Part shown: positions 54,073-64,000 of the stretch, piece after piece | Numbering within the stretch: the first letter of the stretch is position 1 | How the letters are laid out: every line of letters begins with the position of its first letter | Origin: an uncultured bacterium | GTDB lineage: Bacteria > Margulisbacteria > WOR-1 > CAVSGV01 | Direction: 5' to 3' | Length of the DNA: 64,000 bases | Assembly (NCBI GenBank): GCA_963768305.1 | Contig: CAVYHE010000008.1 | Location: 64,001-128,000 of the forward strand | Notes under the pieces: model-generated | Database searches by the model: none | What the model saw: only the letters and a program-made list of their open reading frames with translations | Told to the model about the DNA's origin: nothing | Made by a program: the position numbers and the translations under genes

Positions 54073-55930
54073 TTGAACTGTGCGGATTTAATCGGTACAC
54101 TATATAAAAAGAAGGAGTCATTTATCAAAAAATATCTCTTTATTTTGATTGTTCTGGCGGCATTATTCATCGTGAACGGCTCCCTGTCCGCCTTTGCCGT
54201 CATCATAGGCCCGCCGATCCCGCCTTCAAAATCTATCGTGCCGCCGGCGATAATGAAAGTAGGTCCGGTCGTAACAGCGATCGAAATAAAAGGAAACAAG
54301 ACCGTTCCTGAAAGCGAAATATTGGACTGCGGTATTCAGCCGCATCGGGGATATTTTGATCGAGGAAAAGGTCTCGAGTGATATTAAAGCCATCTACGCC
54401 TTGGGCTATTTTCAGGATGTAACCGCTTCATTCGAGCCGTTCGCGAAAGGAACAAAGATAACTTTCAAAATTATCGAGAATCCCGTCCTTAACGCGATAT
54501 CATTCGAGGGCAATACTGTTTATTCATCCGATGACCTTTTGTCTGTCATGAAGACAAAAACCGGGAAGATACTTAATTACAAGATCCTGCGCGACGATAT
54601 TCAGGCAATAAACGATTATTATCACAAGAACGGCTATTCCATAGCCAAGATAGCCGACGTGTCGACCGACCCGAAGACCAGTGTCCTGAAGATAAAGATC
54701 GTTGAAGGGATGATAGAATCCATCGCTCTGGACGGCAACGAGGCAACAAGGGATTATGTCATCTTAAGGGAAATGGACACAAAGGCCGGCCAGATACTGA
54801 ACGAAAAATCGCTTTCGAAGGACTTAAGAAGGATATTCAATCTTGGTTTCTTTTCGGAATTGACGCCGGATTTCGAACCCGGAAGCTCCCCCGATAAAAT
54901 AATCCTGGTATTGAAAATAAAAGAAGCAAAAACAAATACCATAAACTTCGGCGGAGGATACGGCGAGCAGGAAGGATGGTTCGGCTTTCTGGACACCAGC
55001 ATGAACAACCTGCTCGGCACAGGACACGGCGCAATGGTCAAGGCGCAGTGGGGTTCCACTCTTACGACATACCAGTTAAAATACTATTATCCATGGTTCA
55101 TGACGGATTATCTTGGCTCGAGGACATCGCTTACATACAGGGTTTGGAACACCGCCGGTCCTGACGTATATGGCACTGACATAATAGACGCGAACAGGGT
55201 CGGCTGGGACATGACCCTGACAAGGCCTATCAACGACTATTTCTCACATTCTCTAACGTTCGGCGGTGAGACCGTGGCATCCAGGGAAGATGATTCTGTC
55301 ACCGATGCAGTGCCTTTCGATGATTATCAAACAACGACCATAGGCTATTCGATTTCCTATGATACGAGGGATATTTTCATGAATCCTACAAAGGGTGAGC
55401 TTTACACCCTGTCGGTGACCAGAGGATGGAAAACAGGGGCGAACACCATTACAACGCCAGAAACAGGCACTATAACTACCAATTACACGTTGCTTGGAAT
55501 TGATCTTAATGAATTTGTTAATTTAGGAAAGAACCAGGTACTCGCTATGCATATGGGAACCGGCATTGGATTCGGCAATGTTCCTCTCGGCAGTTATTAT
55601 TATTGCGGCGGCGCGAATACGGTAAGAGGTTATTCGCCGGTTGAAGCCGATACCGGCGTCAGAAAACTTATTATGAATGTTGAATACAGGTATACTTTCA
55701 ATGAAACTGTTCAAGGAGTTGCTTTCTATGATCTTGGTGACGCGTGGGGTGCTGTAGTGGACGGCCAAGCCAGCGGTGATGCTCCGGACATGTCCAAGTT
55801 CTTGAGCGGCAGAGGCGTGGGCGTAAGATTGAACACTCCTCTCGGCCCCATAAGGCTTGATTACGGCATAGGAGATTCAAGGTCATTCGGCGAAGGCATA
55901 GTGCATTTCTCAATTGGACAAGCGTTCTAG
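54073..55930 (+). CDS. Omp85/BamA-TamA family outer membrane protein (start uncertain, frameshift near 54330)
   Basis: POTRA repeats, GGANTVRGY, TPLGPIRLDYG, FSIGQAF. Confidence 0.92.
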
Positions 55931-56540
55931 CTATATCAACGAAATAGTCGAATGGAACAAAAAGTTCAACCTCACGGGATTGAAACCCTCAGAAGATATC
56001 AGGCTTAAGCTTTACGATGACTCCCTGAACATATCCAAGGCTGTTGATCTCTCAAAAAACATCAAAATAGTGGATATCGGGTGCGGCGCTGGTTTTCCGG
56101 GGATCCCGCTAAAGATCGAATATCCGAATATCGATCTGACTCTCATTGACTCCGTTGGCAAAAAGATCGATTTCGTCAAACATATTATCGAACTTCTTGA
56201 GCTTGAAAATACAAGGGCAATTTGCAGCCGCGCTGAAGAAGCGGCAAAAGATCTTCGCGAAAGATTTGATGTGGCGGTTTCGAGGGCGGTAGCAAAGCTT
56301 AATGTCCTTTCAGAATATTGCCTGCCTTTTGTGAAAGTTGGAGGCATATTTATCGCGCAAAAGGGGCCGGACTTAGAAGCAGAGCTCTCTTTAGCGAAAC
56401 ACGCGATCGAAATTTTGGGCGGCCGCCTGAAAGAAAAGATACGGGTCCCATCCGGCTATGTTGTCGTGATCGAAAAAATAAGGCCCACTCCGAAAGAGTA
56501 CCCAAGAAAAACTGGAGTTCCTGCGAAGAATCCTTTATAA
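55914..56540 (+). CDS. rsmG: 16S rRNA m7G527 methyltransferase
   Basis: WNKKFNLT, DIGCGAGFPG, SRAVA, YPRKTGVP. Confidence 0.94.
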   Translation: MDKRSSYINEIVEWNKKFNLTGLKPSEDIRLKLYDDSLNISKAVDLSKNIKIVDIGCGAGFPGIPLKIEYPNIDLTLIDSVGKKIDFVKHIIELLELENTRAICSRAEEAAKDLRERFDVAVSRAVAKLNVLSEYCLPFVKVGGIFIAQKGPDLEAELSLAKHAIEILGGRLKEKIRVPSGYVVVIEKIRPTPKEYPRKTGVPAKNPL

Positions 56541-57323
56541 AGCCTGACAGCCAAAAACGGTCGAACCTTCGCTTGACCAAAGCAACCTTTTAAGAACTTC
56601 TTGTTTCATTCCCTGCTTAAAGATAATTGAGGATATTTCCTCGATCATACTTGCATCAACCTCGCCTTCATACTTATTTGGAAGACAAACCTTCCTCACA
56701 AATTGACGTATTTTATCCTCTCTTTCCAGCGAAATAAAAGGCCGAAACAAGCTGAAATCACGATAGGGAACACAATGGTGCTTAAGTACTGCCCGATGTC
56801 TAAGTTCATGCACGATGACATTGATCCGCTTTTCATGGGACATTTCGATCATCGATGTTGAAAGCAAGATGCGATCGATGTCAGGATAATATTTGGCGTC
56901 TGCTTCGATCTCACCTTTTTCATTTTTTAATAAATGCATAGGTTCTATAGTTAAAGTAACATGATCTTCAAAAACAGAAGCAGCCAGATTTTGCGCTTCT
57001 TTAACTATTTCATGCATCAAGGTAGGCATGGGTTCGCTTAATTTTGCATTTAGTCTAAATAATACTGATAGTTCTAATAACACTGAGACATTCCTTTGCT
57101 TTTCGTCATATGACCTCCAAGTTATTGGGAAAATCGGTACCTCATCAGGTTTGTAGGATGTGATCTTGATAGGCGATGCAAAAGTAATTGAATTAAGAAA
57201 ATCATCTGAACGTTTTGCATTACCGAAGGCGTCTCTTCTAATTACAAATGAATGTGCTTTCGCGTGTGGTATTGACCCGCGGCAAGCCGAAGTTTTATGC
57301 CCTGATACCAATGGAAAATCCAT
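56535..57323 (-). CDS. Orphan protein with HExxH zincin-like motif
   Basis: VIVHELRH; GGAGG SD. Confidence 0.7.
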   Translation of the reverse strand: MDFPLVSGHKTSACRGSIPHAKAHSFVIRRDAFGNAKRSDDFLNSITFASPIKITSYKPDEVPIFPITWRSYDEKQRNVSVLLELSVLFRLNAKLSEPMPTLMHEIVKEAQNLAASVFEDHVTLTIEPMHLLKNEKGEIEADAKYYPDIDRILLSTSMIEMSHEKRINVIVHELRHRAVLKHHCVPYRDFSLFRPFISLEREDKIRQFVRKVCLPNKYEGEVDASMIEEISSIIFKQGMKQEVLKRLLWSSEGSTVFGCQAL

Positions 57324-57375
57324 TTATTTGCCTCCTATGATCCCCTCAAATGGCCCAATTATCCCCTCTATATAT

Positions 57376-57403
57376 ATATCGTCAAAATTCAATGAATATT
57401 TCA
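57376..57403 (-). promoter_or_regulatory. sigma28-like promoter of orphan gene
   Basis: TGAAATAT-12nt-GACGATAT on minus strand. Confidence 0.55.
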
Positions 57404-57425
57404 TCAATATGATATAATTTACTTA

Positions 57426-58190
57426 ATGTCCACGATATTCGCTACAGTTAACCAAAAAGGCGGCGTTGGGAAAACCACCACAGCGGTCAACCTGGCTTCA
57501 TACCTTGCCACTTTCGGCAAAAAAATACTTCTGGTGGATTCCGATCCGCAGGGGAACGCTTCGTCGGGGCTCGGGATAGACAGGAACGAATCGGAACCCT
57601 GCATGTATGACGTGATCATCAACGGAACGGACATCAAGACGATAATAAAACCGTCAGCTATCTCGGGCCTTGACGTAGCGCCTGCCACAGCCAATCTCGC
57701 GGGAGCCGAAGTGGAACTGACCGAGATAGAATTCAGGGAGTCAAAATTAAAGAACGCCCTGATGCCGGTGAGGGACAGCTACGATTACATACTCATTGAT
57801 TGCCCCCCTTCCCTTTCTCTTATAACGGTCAACGCTTTGACCGCCGCCGACCAGGTGATAATCCCCATCCAGTGCGAATACTTCGCGCTGGAAGGCCTGA
57901 GCCAGCTGATAAAAACGATAGACATGATAAGGAAAAGCATCAATCCCGACTTGCGAATATGCGGCATTTTGCTTACAATGTTCGACTCAAGGACGCTTTT
58001 GTCGGAGCAGGTGGCCGAAGAGACCAGGCAGCATTTCGGCGGAAAAGTGTTCAAGACGGTGATACCGAGGAATATCCGGCTTGCAGAAGCGCCGTCCTTC
58101 GGGCAGCCGATAGTTTTTTACGATCCATCATCGAGCGGTGCCGTCGCTTACGAGAACCTGTCCAGGGAAATATTGGACGGACAGTTATAA
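57426..58190 (+). CDS. parA: Chromosome partitioning ATPase ParA/Soj
   Basis: NQKGGVGKTT, DPQGNA, IDCPPSL, LAEAPS. Confidence 0.96.
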   Translation: MSTIFATVNQKGGVGKTTTAVNLASYLATFGKKILLVDSDPQGNASSGLGIDRNESEPCMYDVIINGTDIKTIIKPSAISGLDVAPATANLAGAEVELTEIEFRESKLKNALMPVRDSYDYILIDCPPSLSLITVNALTAADQVIIPIQCEYFALEGLSQLIKTIDMIRKSINPDLRICGILLTMFDSRTLLSEQVAEETRQHFGGKVFKTVIPRNIRLAEAPSFGQPIVFYDPSSSGAVAYENLSREILDGQL

Positions 58191-58221
58191 AAGTCAAAAG
58201 GCAAAAGGAAAAAGGTAAAAA
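58188..58221. repeat. Short heptamer array between parA and parB
   Basis: AAAAGTC AAAAGGC AAAAGGA AAAAGGT. Confidence 0.7.
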
Positions 58222-58224
58222 TAT

Positions 58225-59079
58225 ATGCTGAAGAGAGGTTTGGGAAAAGGGTTATCCGCACTGATACCGGACAGCAGCATCCTGACGGGCGGAAGAACGA
58301 TACTTAATATTGATATCAACAGGATCGTGCCCAACCCCCGCCAGCCAAGGGCGGATTTTCCTCCTGAAGCTCTTACTGAACTCGCGGATTCCATAAAATC
58401 ACAGGGAATAATAGAGCCGATACTCGCGCGCCCTAAAAATGGAAAATATGAGATAGTTGCAGGGGAGAGGCGCTTCAGAGCCGCAAAAAAAGCCGGACTA
58501 AACCTTATACCGGCAATAGTCAAGGAATTCACCGACGAAGAATCCCTGGAACTTGCGCTTGTCGAGAATCTGCAGAGGGAAGACCTGAATCCAATGGAAG
58601 AAGCGGAAGCTTACGCGAAACTCACCGGTGAATTCAAGATGACCCAGGCTGATATTGCGAAAAAAGTGGGCAAGGACAGGTCCACCGTTTCGAACATGAT
58701 CAGGCTGATGGAACTGCCCAGGGAGATCCAGGCTAGCATAAGGAGAAAGCAGATAAGCGTGGGGCACGCAAGGCCGATACTGGCGCTTTCAACGGATTCG
58801 GAAAGGCTTTCGCTCTGGCGGGAAATATTAAAGAATAATTTTACCGTAAGGGATATCGAACAGCTGGTGCGCGGCGGCCCGGGAACATCCAAAAAATTCA
58901 CAAAAAGAAAGCTGACAAAGAACGAGGAGCTGGTGGACTTAACCGAGCTTCTCACCACCCATCTGGGAACAAAGGTAAGGATCCACGGGTCCACAAAAAA
59001 AGGCAAGATCGAGATAGATTATTTTTCGCAGGAGGACCTGGAGAGGATCATAGAAGCTCTTACTGGGAACATCACTTAA
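58225..59079 (+). CDS. parB: Chromosome partitioning protein ParB/Spo0J
   Basis: GLGKGL, NPRQPR, AGERRFRA, ENLQREDL. Confidence 0.96.
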   Translation: MLKRGLGKGLSALIPDSSILTGGRTILNIDINRIVPNPRQPRADFPPEALTELADSIKSQGIIEPILARPKNGKYEIVAGERRFRAAKKAGLNLIPAIVKEFTDEESLELALVENLQREDLNPMEEAEAYAKLTGEFKMTQADIAKKVGKDRSTVSNMIRLMELPREIQASIRRKQISVGHARPILALSTDSERLSLWREILKNNFTVRDIEQLVRGGPGTSKKFTKRKLTKNEELVDLTELLTTHLGTKVRIHGSTKKGKIEIDYFSQEDLERIIEALTGNIT

Positions 59080-59093
59080 ATCTGTCCTTCTTC

Positions 59094-61523
59094 TTACTCG
59101 CCGCCAATCTTTATCAACTTTTTCGTTTCCAGTAACAGGTTCAACGCAACTGCAAATACAGCCGCAGAAATAAAATAATTTATCCCGATCGCGCTTAAAT
59201 TGAATCTTTCACTCAAGAAAGGCAGGTAAACGCTCAGAATGAGGAATGATATCGCGGTAACGGCCCAGAGATTTATTATCGGGTTCATGAATATCCCTTG
59301 CTTTAATAAAGGCTCCCTGTCAGAACGCGATACGAACGCCAGCGCGATATGCCCGAATATCCAGGCAGTGAAAGCCAGGCTTTGCAGCTGCCTTAGAGGA
59401 AGTCCCAGATGCCTGCCGTAAAAATAAACGCCCGTTACAGCAAGGAACAGAACGGCTCCCTTCAGGAAAATGTCGGCGAGGGCAGGCGCATTCAATATGC
59501 GCTTTTTCCTGGAATAAGGCGCGCGGGTATAAATATTCTTCTCTTCGGGCTCGCTCACAAATCCCGCAGAAGCCGCCAGGTCCATGAAAAGCTCAAGGAC
59601 TATTATCTGGATCGGCGCAAGAGGCATGGGCAAGCCTGCCAGGACCGGCAGAAGAAAAATGAATATCAAAGCGGATTTGACGGACAGATAATATTTTATC
59701 CCTTTCTTGAGGTTATCGTAAAATTTCCTGCCTTCGAATATTCCCCGGGTTATCGTGATGTAATTATCATCGGCCAGAACGACTTCCGCCGCTTCTTTTG
59801 CCACGTCCGTCCCGCGTATTCCCATCGCGATCCCGATATCGGCGGCTTTAAGCGCAAGCGCGTCATTCACTCCGTCTCCCGTCACCGCCACCGTTTCCCC
59901 GTTCTCCTGCAATGCTTTTACAATGCGGTATTTATGCTCGGGCGTCGTTCTAGCAAAAACGAACGCCTCTTTAACAAGTTTGCGCAGATCGATATCTGAA
60001 ACCTTATCAAGCTCCTCGCCGGTAACTACTCTCCCCTTGCTCGGCATTATCCCGACTTCTTTTGCAATATATTCTGCAGTTTCAGGGTGATCGCCCGTCA
60101 CCATGATAGTTCTAACTCCCGCTGATTTCGCGCCCGCGATAGTCTCCGTTACACCCGCTCTCGGGCCATCCTCAAAGCTGATAAGTCCGCATAGGTCCAT
60201 TTCACGCTCCAGTTTTTCCCATTCGGCGTGAACATCACTTTCTGAAATTTCTTTTTTGCATACCGCTATCAGTCTTCGCCCGAAAGAAGCCTGTTTATTT
60301 ATTTCCGCCAGAACTGCGCTTTTATCGATATTCTTGCAGCGGCCGATCAACCTTTCAGGCGCGCCTTTCATATAAAGCTCGAATTTCCCGTTCTGCTTTC
60401 TTATCACGGAATTAGTTTTTGATTCATTCGTAAAATTGTGCTGTCTCACTATCTCGGAATTTGACGCCTCCGAACCGCCTTTTTCCATCAGCGCCTCATC
60501 AAGCGGGTTGGTCGAAAGCGGCGTTGCCGCCAAGGCGGCGTATTCAATAATGTCTTTGCTCTTATCCGCAGGATAAGTTTCTTTTATCCGCATCTTCCCC
60601 TCTGTAATAGTTCCGGTTTTATCCGTAACTATGACAGTAGCATTGCCCAGTGTTTCAGCAGCCTTTATTCTTTTGACCAGAAAATTATTCTGCGATAATT
60701 TGTAAGCCCCGAGGCCAAGGACCATTGTTATTACTATCGGGAGTTCTTCAGGTATCGTTGCAAACGAAAGCGATAAACCAGTCAGGACCATGGTCTTGAA
60801 ATCCTGGCCTCTTAACAAACCGATAACAGGTATCAGAATAGAAAAGAATCCTGCAACGTAAACGAGCTTTCCTGCCAGAGACCTCATTTCAAGTTGGAGC
60901 GGCGTACGCGGCGGCCTGGCTTGTTTCATGGTTGCCGCTATCTTGCCAAGCCTTGTCTCGTGTCCCGTCACAAATACTTTTGCCGTGCCCTCTCCTGATG
61001 TGACAACGGTTCCCGCGTAAATCTCGTTACCGTCCAATTTTTCTTTTGGGAACGATTCACCGGTAAGCGAGGATTCATCTATCTGGATATCTATGCCTTT
61101 TGAAATTTTCGCATCGGCGGAAATCCTTGTGCCAGGTGAAAGGACAAGCACGTCGCCGGGAACGATATTTTCCGAATCCACAAGGGCGATCGATCCGTCG
61201 CGCAGTACTTTTGTTTTTGGCGCGGCTATCTTTTCCAGCGATGATATGGCTTTTTTGGCCCTGTACTCAGTGTTGACCTCGGCAAGAACAAGAAGAAATA
61301 TGACGATAAAGATCGTCACCGCGTCATCCAGTTTTCCCCAGATGCTGTAAACAATACCCACAAAAATAAGCAGAAGTATCATCGGCTCGGTCACTTCATG
61401 CTTTGCGATATCAAGAAAATTGGCTTCTTGCGGCTTAAAAATCTCGTTAAGGCCGGATTCTTTCAGCTTTAATGCGGCTTCGCTGTTAGACAGACCCATT
61501 TCAAATGATTTTTTCATGAGCAC
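59094..61523 (-). CDS. Cation-transporting P-type ATPase
   Basis: TGES, IPEELP, DKTGT, KGAPE, TGD, GDGVND. Confidence 0.93.
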   Translation of the reverse strand: MLMKKSFEMGLSNSEAALKLKESGLNEIFKPQEANFLDIAKHEVTEPMILLLIFVGIVYSIWGKLDDAVTIFIVIFLLVLAEVNTEYRAKKAISSLEKIAAPKTKVLRDGSIALVDSENIVPGDVLVLSPGTRISADAKISKGIDIQIDESSLTGESFPKEKLDGNEIYAGTVVTSGEGTAKVFVTGHETRLGKIAATMKQARPPRTPLQLEMRSLAGKLVYVAGFFSILIPVIGLLRGQDFKTMVLTGLSLSFATIPEELPIVITMVLGLGAYKLSQNNFLVKRIKAAETLGNATVIVTDKTGTITEGKMRIKETYPADKSKDIIEYAALAATPLSTNPLDEALMEKGGSEASNSEIVRQHNFTNESKTNSVIRKQNGKFELYMKGAPERLIGRCKNIDKSAVLAEINKQASFGRRLIAVCKKEISESDVHAEWEKLEREMDLCGLISFEDGPRAGVTETIAGAKSAGVRTIMVTGDHPETAEYIAKEVGIMPSKGRVVTGEELDKVSDIDLRKLVKEAFVFARTTPEHKYRIVKALQENGETVAVTGDGVNDALALKAADIGIAMGIRGTDVAKEAAEVVLADDNYITITRGIFEGRKFYDNLKKGIKYYLSVKSALIFIFLLPVLAGLPMPLAPIQIIVLELFMDLAASAGFVSEPEEKNIYTRAPYSRKKRILNAPALADIFLKGAVLFLAVTGVYFYGRHLGLPLRQLQSLAFTAWIFGHIALAFVSRSDREPLLKQGIFMNPIINLWAVTAISFLILSVYLPFLSERFNLSAIGINYFISAAVFAVALNLLLETKKLIKIGGE

Positions 61524-61538
61524 TCCCTCCGTTTGAGT

Positions 61539-64000
<2,462 letters not shown>

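Noticed and set aside
55914..59079. parS site or oriC near rsmG-parA-parB
   Set aside because: No TGTTTCACGTGAAACA-like palindrome or DnaA-box cluster was spotted by eye.

Overview
Bacterial chromosomal window, mostly housekeeping genes: yajQ-rplU-rpmA-obg, proBA-nadD-M16 peptidase-dut-dapB-smpB-ssrA, cca-amidase-murI-queD-dapF-dapL-ispH, nrdR with two tandem class III RNR genes, priA-def-fmt, gmk-rpoZ-coaBC, TamB-Omp85, rsmG-parA-parB and two P-type ATPases. The gene set suggests a diderm relative of Cyanobacteria such as Saganbacteria/Margulisbacteria (inference only). Many essential genes carry 1-nt frameshifts, most likely assembly indels. An accessory region of about 18 kb follows the tmRNA gene (9.8-27.6 kb). 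It holds a PAS histidine kinase operon with a decayed duplicate, a 19-aa peptide ORF before an ABC exporter, a Vsr/Sau3AI-like RM system, Fic/Doc genes, a papain-like protease and repeated ORF6N + four-helix-bundle cassettes. Strongest unexplained signals: (1) four-helix-bundle genes enclosed by inverted heptamer arrays, with the same arrays found gene-less and in-frame inside housekeeping genes; (2) covarying DNA palindromes inside three ORF6N genes plus a conserved leader; (3) three unrelated orphan genes sharing an identically spaced sigma28-like promoter; (4) two structured non-coding elements; (5) a tandem NrdD pair diverging in the putative specificity region. No database searches were run.
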